A DNA stretch of 64,000 nt from an uncultured Pelagibacteraceae bacterium (GTDB lineage Bacteria > Pseudomonadota > Alphaproteobacteria > Pelagibacterales > AG-422-B15): assembly GCA_905182145.1 (NCBI GenBank), contig CAJJAN010000029.1, forward strand, positions 11,117 to 75,116. The letters are read 5' to 3'. The notes below the pieces were generated by a model. It had not been told where the DNA came from. It did no database searches and saw nothing but the letters and a program-made list of their open reading frames with translations. How positions within the stretch are numbered: position 1 is the stretch's first letter; every line of letters starts with the position of its first letter. The position numbers and the translations under genes are program-made. Shown in pieces: positions 17,935 through 26,314 of the stretch.

Positions 17935-19451
17935 TCATTAAATAATTTTTGGTATTTTTTGCGTAATTCTGCTTTTTGAACTTTTCCCATAGCATTACGG
18001 GGAAGACTATCTAAAAAGATAATTTTTTTTGGTTGTTTAAATTTTGCCAATTTATCTGATAAGTAATTTATGATTTCTGTTTCTATAATTGCCTCATTTT
18101 TTCTTACCACAGCTGCAACAACTGCTTCACCAAAATCTTTATGTGGAGATGCAAAAACTGCTGACTCTTCTATGGATTCTATTTCATCTATTATTGTTTC
18201 AACTTCTTTAGGATATATATTGAGTCCGCCAGAAATAATCAAATCTTTATCGCGACCAACTATGGTTACGTATCCATTCTTATCAACTTTAGCCATATCA
18301 CCAGTAATAAAGAAGCCATCTTCACGAAATGACTCGCTTGTTTTACCTGGCATTTGCCAGTAGCCCTTAAATACATTCTCACCTTTTAATTCAATAATAC
18401 CAATTTGACCTTGCTCAACTTCATTACCTTTATCATCTGCTATTCGCAATTGAATTCCTGGTAAAGGCAGACCAACTGTCCCGGCGATACGTTCGTTATC
18501 ATATGGATTTGATGTACTCATATTGGTTTCGGTCATTCCATATCTTTCGAGAATTTTTTTACTTGTGCGATCTTCAAATTCTTTATGAGTTTCAGCTAGT
18601 AATGGTGCTGAACCAGAAATAAAGAGGCGCATATGTTTTGTTAAACTATGGTTAAAACGGCTGTCACTTAATAATCTAGTATAAAATGTTGGAACACCCA
18701 TCATCGTTGTAGATTTATTCATCCATTTTAAGGCCTGCTCAATATCAAATTTAGGTAAAAAAATCATTGATCCACCTACATAAGCTAGTAGATTCGACGC
18801 TACAAAAAGTCCATGCGTATGATAGATAGGAAGCATATGTAAAAGGACATCTTCTTTAGTAAACTTCCAATATTCTTTAAGAACTTTAGTGTTCGAAAGT
18901 AGATTTTGATGGCTAAGTATAGCTCCTTTTGATTTTCCCGTTGTGCCAGATGTGTATAAAATTGCCGCTAAATCATCTGGGCCTCTTTCAACAGTATCAA
19001 AAAAAGTTTCTTGTTCTTCGGCTAAAGCAGTAAGTGAGCCAGTTTCATCTGAACTTAAGGTTAATAAGACTGTGTTTGCCTCAAGGTTCTTAGCTATTAT
19101 ATTTTCAACATCTTTATCTACTATAATAATCTTTGCAGATGAATCCTTGATAAAATAATCAAGTTCACTTGAGGTGTAACCAGTATTTAGAGGTAAATAC
19201 ACTCCACCCGCTTTTATTGTTGCAGCATATAAAGCAATTTGAGTATTTGATTTTTCTGCTTGAACAGCCACTCTGTCACCTACCCTCATGCCTTTTTTAA
19301 TTAAAACATTTGCCAGTTGATTAATCATAATATGGAAATCTATATAGCTAATTTCTTTATTGTCATTAATCAGAAAAGTACTTGAGCTATTTCTAGTTGG
19401 CTCAAATATTGAATCAAATAAACAATTGGTTTTAGAGATACTTGTTTGCAT
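17931..19451 (-). CDS. AMP-dependent acyl-CoA synthetase/ligase (MatB/CaiC-like)
   Basis: ILYTSGTTGKSKGA, YGMTET, GDMA...DKNGY, and a C-terminal NAMGKVQK motif. 506 aa. Confidence 0.8.
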   Translation of the reverse strand: MQTSISKTNCLFDSIFEPTRNSSSTFLINDNKEISYIDFHIMINQLANVLIKKGMRVGDRVAVQAEKSNTQIALYAATIKAGGVYLPLNTGYTSSELDYFIKDSSAKIIIVDKDVENIIAKNLEANTVLLTLSSDETGSLTALAEEQETFFDTVERGPDDLAAILYTSGTTGKSKGAILSHQNLLSNTKVLKEYWKFTKEDVLLHMLPIYHTHGLFVASNLLAYVGGSMIFLPKFDIEQALKWMNKSTTMMGVPTFYTRLLSDSRFNHSLTKHMRLFISGSAPLLAETHKEFEDRTSKKILERYGMTETNMSTSNPYDNERIAGTVGLPLPGIQLRIADDKGNEVEQGQIGIIELKGENVFKGYWQMPGKTSESFREDGFFITGDMAKVDKNGYVTIVGRDKDLIISGGLNIYPKEVETIIDEIESIEESAVFASPHKDFGEAVVAAVVRKNEAIIETEIINYLSDKLAKFKQPKKIIFLDSLPRNAMGKVQKAELRKKYQKLFND

Positions 19452-19456
19452 TAAAT

Positions 19457-20581
19457 TTAATTTAATTTTCTATCTTTATAATCAGAACTCATAGCCATTA
19501 GTGAAGATATATTTATCACAACTCCTAAACCAGGTCTATCTTTTGGCTTGGCATATCCATCTTTTATCTTAAAACCAAGATCACAAAACTTTAATGCATG
19601 TGAAATGTATTCAGGATAAATTTCAGCCATTTCTGTATTTGAATTACTTATACAGAAATGAATCATAGCAGCGGCGGCTACAGACATTGAATTCCAACAA
19701 TGTGGTGAGATGGTAACACTTTTTTTTGCAGATAGGTTTGTAATTTCTGTCATATCAATTATTCCACCAACAGCCGCAATATCTGGGTTAAGTATATCTG
19801 CGGCGCTAGCGGCAAGAACCTCTTTAAAATGTGGAATTTCAAATTGTTTTTCACCAGTAACTATTTTTAATCCTGTTTGAATTCGAATTGAGGCCAGTGA
19901 TCTGATTTTTTGACCATCTACAGGCTCTTCATACCAATAAGGTCTATATTCCTTGATCAAAGGTGCTAAGCTTAAAGCTAAATTATCGTCATCTGGGCTA
20001 GCTAAATCAAGCATCAAAGGTGTTTCAAAACCTATTAAATTTCGAATATGAGCAACACATTCTTTAGCCTGTGACAAAGATCTATTTTGCAAGGGGTATA
20101 TTTTGATCCCCTGATAGCCATCACTCATTAATGAAACTGCCCTTTGGCCTAAAGTTATATTGTTAGGACACTTTTCACTCCATGTATTAGCATAAACAGA
20201 AACTTTTGCTTTTGGCTTTGATGACAGCAAATAAGATAATGGTTTTTTTTCTTCTTTGCTAAAAATATCCCATAGGCTCATCTCTATTGCACTTGTTGCA
20301 GCAGAAAAATCAATTCCTCTATGCTTATCAGCAATTTCTTTAGCCTTTATATTAAAAGTCTCAGGAGTGAGATTTTCAATTGAAGCCATAGCATCAACTA
20401 AACTATGAATTATTTCTGAAACTCCTTTTTCTCGAAACGGAAGAGTAAATGCCTCACCCCAACCTTCAATACCACTATCAGTTGTTAGCTTTAATAGTAA
20501 AAAAGGTTTAATTTCCGACCACCCATCATCACTTAAAGTTGATTTAGTGACCCAAGTTTCAATTCTTGAAAGATATTTCAT
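19457..20581 (-). CDS. Enolase-superfamily protein (MR-subgroup-like, Asp/His dyad present)
   Basis: AIEMSLWDI capping motif, candidate ligands MLDLAS, WYEEP and VTGEKQ, plus NPDIAAVGGI and SPHCW. Native AT-rich composition. Confidence 0.7.
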   Translation of the reverse strand: MKYLSRIETWVTKSTLSDDGWSEIKPFLLLKLTTDSGIEGWGEAFTLPFREKGVSEIIHSLVDAMASIENLTPETFNIKAKEIADKHRGIDFSAATSAIEMSLWDIFSKEEKKPLSYLLSSKPKAKVSVYANTWSEKCPNNITLGQRAVSLMSDGYQGIKIYPLQNRSLSQAKECVAHIRNLIGFETPLMLDLASPDDDNLALSLAPLIKEYRPYWYEEPVDGQKIRSLASIRIQTGLKIVTGEKQFEIPHFKEVLAASAADILNPDIAAVGGIIDMTEITNLSAKKSVTISPHCWNSMSVAAAAMIHFCISNSNTEMAEIYPEYISHALKFCDLGFKIKDGYAKPKDRPGLGVVINISSLMAMSSDYKDRKLN

Positions 20582-20583
20582 AA

Positions 20584-21180
20584 TTATTTATTTTTAATAT
20601 AGCTATCTTCTGATATGTCGCCACTCCATCGCCAACTCCAAATCATATGATGCTCTTCAGTTCTATTTGAATGATTTATCATAGATGGATTGTGCACATA
20701 ATCACCAACTTCTCCATAAATTTCAGGATTACTATCCTTATTAAAGTATCCTTTACCAGAGATTATAAAAAAAGTTTCTTCTGCTGGATGTCTGCGTACA
20801 GGATAATCTATATTTGCCATTTGCATGAAAATACCAACCTCATAATCATTAGAGTTAATAATTCCTGATGGTCCTAAGAGTACAAATTGAATAAACTGTT
20901 TTTTAAGATCACCTTCTATTCTACCCCCCATATCTGAATGGTGCCATGGTAAAAAATTTGATATTTCTTTTAACTGAAGTGCAAGCAAATGATCGTCATT
21001 AGATATAAATGAATTAAAAAGTTTTGAAAGCTCATCATCTTCATTTTCTTTAAGATTAAATGTTTGGTTGCCCGCTAAAGATAAGGCTTCAGCAGTAAGA
21101 GAACCATTTTTAGAGCCTTCATTTTGATAAACATCTGATAACATCATCAAGATATCTTTAAATATTTTTTCAGTGTTCAT
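20584..21180 (-). CDS. Cupin-fold protein resembling the DMSP lyase DddQ family
   Basis: YPVRRHPAEETFFIISGKG and GDYVHNPSMINHSNRT resemble the DddQ cupin motifs as I remember them (YP.H.HPAEE.Y....G and HPS...H..RT). The first His is replaced by Arg and the Tyr by Phe. Confidence 0.5.
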   Translation of the reverse strand: MNTEKIFKDILMMLSDVYQNEGSKNGSLTAEALSLAGNQTFNLKENEDDELSKLFNSFISNDDHLLALQLKEISNFLPWHHSDMGGRIEGDLKKQFIQFVLLGPSGIINSNDYEVGIFMQMANIDYPVRRHPAEETFFIISGKGYFNKDSNPEIYGEVGDYVHNPSMINHSNRTEEHHMIWSWRWSGDISEDSYIKNK

Positions 21181-21343
21181 AGTTAGTATACTTACATATT
21201 GATTAATTTGTAGCCAGTAAAAATACCTAATTTCTACATTGATTCATATGTTTACTTCAAAGATTGGGTCAGTATTAATTGTCTTTATTTTATCTAATTA
21301 ACAAATATAATTTTTTATGAATTAAATATTAAGGAGAAGATTT

Positions 21344-22231
21344 ATGAATAGAGATGTCATCATTTCATGTGCAGTAACTGGGTCTGGAGATTCAGTGGGG
21401 AAACATCCAGCTATACCTGTAACTCCTGAGCAAATTGCAAACGCTGCTATTGAAGCAGCTTCTGCTGGAGCAGCAATAGCACACATGCATGTAAGAAATC
21501 CTGAAACAGGTAAAGCAACTAGAGATGATGAGCTTTATAAAGAAGTTGTTAGTAGAATTAAAGATAGTGGAACCGATGTAATTATTAACCTTACTAGTGG
21601 TATGGGAGGTGATATAGAAATCGGCCCTGAAGATGATTTGTTAAAGTTTGGACCTAATACAGATTTCATTAGTGCTCTAGAAAGACTAAGTCATGTTGAA
21701 AAAATATTACCTGATATTTGCTCACTAGATTGTGGAACACTAAACTTTGGAGATGGACGTATGATTTACGTTAGTACACCTGAACAACTAAGAATAGGCG
21801 CAAAGCGAATTCAAGAATTAGGCGTTAAGCCTGAATTAGAAATTTTTGACACAGGACATATGTGGTTTGCCAATGAAATGCACAAAGAAGGATTGTTAGA
21901 TGCTCCAGCACTTTATCAAATTTGCTTAGGCATACCTTACGGAGCTCCTGCTAATACAAGTTCTATGAAAAATATGGTAGACATGCTTCCTGAGGGAAGT
22001 AATTGGGCAGCATTTGGAATTGGTGCTATGCAAATGCCAATGGTGGCACAAGCAGTTCTTTTAGGTGGAAACGTCAGAGTAGGACTAGAAGACAATCTTT
22101 ACTTAGAAAAAGGTGTATTTGCATCAAATGGATCATTAGTAGAAAAAGCAACTACTATAATTACCAATATGGGTGCAAACGTAATGAATGTAAAAGATGC
22201 ACGTAATAAATTAGGTTTAAGTAATGGCTAA
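21344..22231 (+). CDS. BKACE family (DUF849) beta-keto acid cleavage enzyme, dehydrocarnitine-cleaving candidate
   Basis: N-terminal [13 protein letters not shown]...[12 protein letters not shown]...[11 protein letters not shown] is typical of 3-keto-5-aminohexanoate cleavage enzyme-like proteins. Overlaps the next gene by 8 nt. Confidence 0.75.
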   Translation: MNRDVIISCAVTGSGDSVGKHPAIPVTPEQIANAAIEAASAGAAIAHMHVRNPETGKATRDDELYKEVVSRIKDSGTDVIINLTSGMGGDIEIGPEDDLLKFGPNTDFISALERLSHVEKILPDICSLDCGTLNFGDGRMIYVSTPEQLRIGAKRIQELGVKPELEIFDTGHMWFANEMHKEGLLDAPALYQICLGIPYGAPANTSSMKNMVDMLPEGSNWAAFGIGAMQMPMVAQAVLLGGNVRVGLEDNLYLEKGVFASNGSLVEKATTIITNMGANVMNVKDARNKLGLSNG

Positions 22232-23198
22232 AAAAAAAATTGTCTCAATAATTGGTACTGGTGTAATTGGGGCTGGATGGACAGCTCGTTTTATTGCAAA
22301 TGGGTATCATGTACAAGCTTTTGACCCAAGCCTACGATCTCTTAAGAAACTAAAGACTGATGTTAAAAAGGCTTTAATTAGTCTTAGCAAGATAGGCTTG
22401 CATAAAAATGCATCTATAAAGAATTTAAGTTGCCATAATAATCTTCAGGATGCTCTAAAAGATACATCTTTTGTTCAAGAGAATGCTCCTGAGAAAGAAA
22501 AATTAAAAACTTCGTTATTGAAAGAAATTGATCAGCTTTTAGATAAAAAGATACTTATTGCTTCGAGTTCTTCTGGATTACTTCCAACAATAATACAGTC
22601 AAAATGTAAATTTCCAAACCGTGTTCTAATTGGGCATCCCTTTAATCCTGTTTACTTACTCCCTTTAGTTGAAATAGTTAAGGGTAAAAAAACTTCTCAG
22701 CAATCAGCTTTAAAATTAAAAAAAATATATGAAGATATTGGAATGAAACCTTTAATGGTTAGAAAAGAAATTGAAGGATATATATCAGATAGATTGCAAG
22801 AAGCTTTATGGAGAGAATCACTGCATCTAATTAAAGATGGAATAGCCTCAACTGAGGAAATTGACGATGCTATAGTGTATGGTCCAGGATTAAGATGGGC
22901 ATTTATGGGAGTATGTCTTACTTTTCACCTTGCAGGTGGAGAAGAGGGAATGAAACATATGTTAGAACAATTTGGACCTGCATTAAAGCTACCGTGGACT
23001 AAATTAAAGGCCCCTAAATTAAACAAAAAACTTAAAGATCGAATGATTGCCGGTACAAAAAAACAAGCAGGCAAATTAAGTATTGATGATCTTGAGAAAC
23101 AAAGAGACCTTTTTCTTATTGAAATTATGAAAACTTTGAATAATAATCATAAAAACAACTTTCCAAATTGGGGTAAAAAATTCAATAGTTTTAAATAA
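22224..23198 (+). CDS. L-carnitine dehydrogenase-like 3-hydroxyacyl-CoA dehydrogenase family protein
   Basis: Rossmann motif [20 protein letters not shown] and [14 protein letters not shown]. Flanked by BKACE and BBOX genes. Confidence 0.7.
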   Translation: MAKKKIVSIIGTGVIGAGWTARFIANGYHVQAFDPSLRSLKKLKTDVKKALISLSKIGLHKNASIKNLSCHNNLQDALKDTSFVQENAPEKEKLKTSLLKEIDQLLDKKILIASSSSGLLPTIIQSKCKFPNRVLIGHPFNPVYLLPLVEIVKGKKTSQQSALKLKKIYEDIGMKPLMVRKEIEGYISDRLQEALWRESLHLIKDGIASTEEIDDAIVYGPGLRWAFMGVCLTFHLAGGEEGMKHMLEQFGPALKLPWTKLKAPKLNKKLKDRMIAGTKKQAGKLSIDDLEKQRDLFLIEIMKTLNNNHKNNFPNWGKKFNSFK

Positions 23199-23200
23199 TA

Positions 23201-24343
23201 ATGACAAATAAATTATCGATACTAGAAGCTAAAAAAGATAATCGCGATTTTATTGTAGAGTGGAATGATGGTCATATTAGTCAATTTAATTACTTATGGC
23301 TTAGAGATAATTGTCCTTCTGAAATTCACCCGACCGCAAGAGAAAGAACTTTTAATCTTTTGACTGTGTCTGAAAATATTCAACCTGAAAATTTTAGTGT
23401 TGATGGAGATAGTAACCTTAAAGTAAAATGGAATGAAGGTGACCATACTAGTGAGTTCTCTGCAGAATGGCTTCGGGAGAATTGTTATACATTAAAAAAT
23501 TCTACTCCTTATAAGTCACCATATACCTTATGGAATAGTACTCTAACTAAATCTTTAGATAAAATAAGAATCAGCTGTGAGGAAATAATGGATAGTGATG
23601 AAGGTGTATTAAAATATTTACAGCAACTTCACTACTATGGTTTTTCATTAGTAGAAAATGCACCTGTTGAAAAAAATTCTGGTGCTGCAGTAATAGAACG
23701 TATTAGTCATTTTAGAGAAACATTTTTTGAAACCCCATTTGAGGTAATTAATATTCCAAACCCTAACAATTCTGCTTATACATCTTTGGGTCTTAGAAAT
23801 CACCTTGATTTGCCATACTATGAAATTCCACCTGGCTACCAATTCTTACACTGTTTAGTAAATGATGCTACAGGTGGAGACTCTACAGCAATTGATGGAT
23901 TTAAAGTTGCAGAGCATATGAAAAAAGAATTCCCTGAGTTTTTTGATGTTCTAACTGGAGTTCCTGTTAAATTTGTTAACCGAGATTATACTCAGAACAC
24001 AACTAGAATTCTTCATGCTCCATTAATACTTTTAGATAAAGATAATGACTTCAACTTAATACGATTCAGTATTGCTTATATGAGTATTATGGACTGTGCT
24101 CCAAATAAAATGGATTTATTTTATAGAGCGTATAGAAAATTTGCAGAATTGCTTCACGATGACTACTTTACTGTTAAATTTAGATTAAAAGCAGGAGATA
24201 TTTTCTCATTTAATAATTTAAGACTTCTTCATGGGAGAACAGAATTTGATCCAAACTCTGGCCACCGTCACCTTCAAGGATATTATATGGATCGTGATGA
24301 AATTAAAGGTAGATTGAATTATCTTGAGCAAAAGCAAGTTTAG
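23201..24343 (+). CDS. Gamma-butyrobetaine dioxygenase (BBOX)-type Fe(II)/2OG oxygenase
   Basis: DUF971-like N-domain (YLWLRDNCPSEIHP), HxD in LRNHLDLPYY, and a distal His in LRLLHGRTEF. 380 aa. Confidence 0.75.
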   Translation: MTNKLSILEAKKDNRDFIVEWNDGHISQFNYLWLRDNCPSEIHPTARERTFNLLTVSENIQPENFSVDGDSNLKVKWNEGDHTSEFSAEWLRENCYTLKNSTPYKSPYTLWNSTLTKSLDKIRISCEEIMDSDEGVLKYLQQLHYYGFSLVENAPVEKNSGAAVIERISHFRETFFETPFEVINIPNPNNSAYTSLGLRNHLDLPYYEIPPGYQFLHCLVNDATGGDSTAIDGFKVAEHMKKEFPEFFDVLTGVPVKFVNRDYTQNTTRILHAPLILLDKDNDFNLIRFSIAYMSIMDCAPNKMDLFYRAYRKFAELLHDDYFTVKFRLKAGDIFSFNNLRLLHGRTEFDPNSGHRHLQGYYMDRDEIKGRLNYLEQKQV

Positions 24344-24344
24344 T

Positions 24345-25361
24345 TTAATTACTTCTAAGAATACTTGCTACTTCCTTATCAGATATTGAGCCAATAATAT
24401 TATTGTCATCATCGACAACACTTAAAGTAGCTCTAGTCTCTAAAATAGTTGGCAAACAAGACTCAATACTATCATTCATATTTATTTTAGGAGCATCATT
24501 GGGTTGATTTTTTTTATTCATAATTGATTTAACTTTTAATACTTTTGCCCTATTAACATCTTGTACAAACTTTTCTACATAATCATCAGCAGGATTAAGA
24601 AGGATGTCTTCAGGTTTACCATTTTGAACAAGTTTACCACCGTTCAATATTGCAATGCTATCTCCTAATTTAAGTGCCTCATCTAAATCATGAGTAATAA
24701 ACACAATTGTTTTTTTTAAATTCTTTTGAAGATCAAGAAGCTGGTCTTGCATATCTGATCGTATCAATGGATCTAGCGCACTAAAAGCTTCATCCATTAA
24801 TAAAATATCTGGATCGGTTGCAAGCGCCCTAGCTAACCCTACTCTTTGTTGCATGCCACCTGAAAGTTGATTTGGAAATTTAAATTCAAATCCATTTAGT
24901 CCTACTTTATCAATCCAATACATTGCTGTCTCATTAGATTCAGATTTATCTACTCCCTTTATACTCAAGCCCAGTTTTACATTTTCAATAATATTTTGAT
25001 GTGGAAATAATCCAAAGCGTTGAAATACCATGCCAGTTCTAGTTCTTCTAAAATCAAGTAATTCATTTTTATCAAACCGAGTAACGTCTTGATCATCTAC
25101 TAAAACTACACCCTCAGTTGGTTCTATAAGTCTATTGATATGTCTAATTAAAGTAGATTTGCCTGAACCAGAAAGACCCATGACAACTTGAATAGACTGA
25201 TCGTATATGTCTAAATTAATATTATCTAATCCTAGAACATGATTATACTTGGCTAAAAGCTCATCTTTATCAGTTCCATCTCTAACTACTTGAATATAAT
25301 TTTCAGCTTTAGGACCAAAAATTTTGTATAAATTTTCTATCTTAATTTTAACTTTATTCAC
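24345..25361 (-). CDS. proV: Betaine-type ABC transporter ATPase (ProV-like) with CBS-like C-terminus
   Basis: Walker A GLSGSGKST, LSGGMQQRVGLARAL, and ILLMDEAFSALD. The start is uncertain. GTG at 25361 (VNKVKIKIENLYKIFG, 8-nt overlap with proW) is preferred over the track's TTG at 25418. Confidence 0.8.
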   Translation of the reverse strand: MNKVKIKIENLYKIFGPKAENYIQVVRDGTDKDELLAKYNHVLGLDNINLDIYDQSIQVVMGLSGSGKSTLIRHINRLIEPTEGVVLVDDQDVTRFDKNELLDFRRTRTGMVFQRFGLFPHQNIIENVKLGLSIKGVDKSESNETAMYWIDKVGLNGFEFKFPNQLSGGMQQRVGLARALATDPDILLMDEAFSALDPLIRSDMQDQLLDLQKNLKKTIVFITHDLDEALKLGDSIAILNGGKLVQNGKPEDILLNPADDYVEKFVQDVNRAKVLKVKSIMNKKNQPNDAPKINMNDSIESCLPTILETRATLSVVDDDNNIIGSISDKEVASILRSN

Positions 25362-26250
25362 GTGAGCCCGCTCTATGCTGCTGGAGTCTCTTGCCAAAAG
25401 ACTGTGAAACTCTATCAAATATTACAGCAAGGACTACAATAGCGAAGCCATTAAGAAGACCCATTGTTAAATATTGATTTGATATTGCTTTTAATACAGG
25501 TTGTCCTAATCCTCTGACACCAATCATTGAAGCTATAACAACCATAGCTAATGCCATCATTATAGTTTGATTGATACCTGCAAAAATAGTTGGTAGCGCT
25601 AAAGGTAATTGTACACGAAATAGTTTTTGCATTCGATTTGCACCAAATGCATCTGCAGCCTCTAAAACTTCTTTATCAACTTCTCTAATACCTAAATCAG
25701 TTAATCTTATCATAGGTGGAATTGCATAAACAATAATTGCTAAAAGACCAGGAATTTTACCTATACCCAAGAGCATTACAACAGGGATTAGATAAACGAA
25801 ACTAGGCATAGTTTGCATTATGTCTAAAATTGGAACAACTGCAGATCTTACTCTATCTGATCCCGACATAAGTATCCCTATAGGAATTCCTAACCCGATA
25901 GCAAGGAGTGTACAAACACCTATAATACTTACTGTAGACATTGTGTCTTGCCACATACCAAAATAGGCTATGAAAAGAAAGGCTGCCAAAGATCCTATTG
26001 TTAAATATATGCTTCTACTTCCATAATAAATTAATAAGAGAAATACCATTATGACTATTGGCCACGGAGTGTTTTGAAGTAATTTTTCCAAGTTGACCAA
26101 GAAAAATAATACTGGATCAAAAAAAGATTCTATGGAATCACCATATGCTCGTGAAAATTGCCTAAAAGCTCCATCAACAGTTTTTTTGAAAGCTAAATAG
26201 TCTACTTTTCCCATTTTTGGAAATACTGTTAGAAACTCAGGTATATTCAT
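25354..26250 (-). CDS. proW: Betaine-type ABC transporter permease (ProW-like)
   Basis: LDIMQTMPSFVYLIP and IVYAIPPMIRLTDLGIREV motifs. 298 aa. Confidence 0.8.
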   Translation of the reverse strand: MNIPEFLTVFPKMGKVDYLAFKKTVDGAFRQFSRAYGDSIESFFDPVLFFLVNLEKLLQNTPWPIVIMVFLLLIYYGSRSIYLTIGSLAAFLFIAYFGMWQDTMSTVSIIGVCTLLAIGLGIPIGILMSGSDRVRSAVVPILDIMQTMPSFVYLIPVVMLLGIGKIPGLLAIIVYAIPPMIRLTDLGIREVDKEVLEAADAFGANRMQKLFRVQLPLALPTIFAGINQTIMMALAMVVIASMIGVRGLGQPVLKAISNQYLTMGLLNGFAIVVLAVIFDRVSQSFGKRLQQHRAGSRE

Positions 26251-26274
26251 TTTGAAATTAATTTAATTGGAATG

Positions 26275-26301
26275 ATAGCGGGCCAATTTGTAGCCCGCTA
26301 T
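26275..26301 (-). promoter_or_regulatory. Intercistronic GC-rich stem-loop between the binding-protein and permease genes
   Basis: 9-bp perfect stem ATAGCGGGC / GCCCGCTAT with a 9-nt loop. There is no clear T-run on the minus strand, so it is more likely an mRNA-stability or attenuating element than a full terminator. Confidence 0.45.
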
Positions 26302-26314
26302 ATATCTTTAGTTA

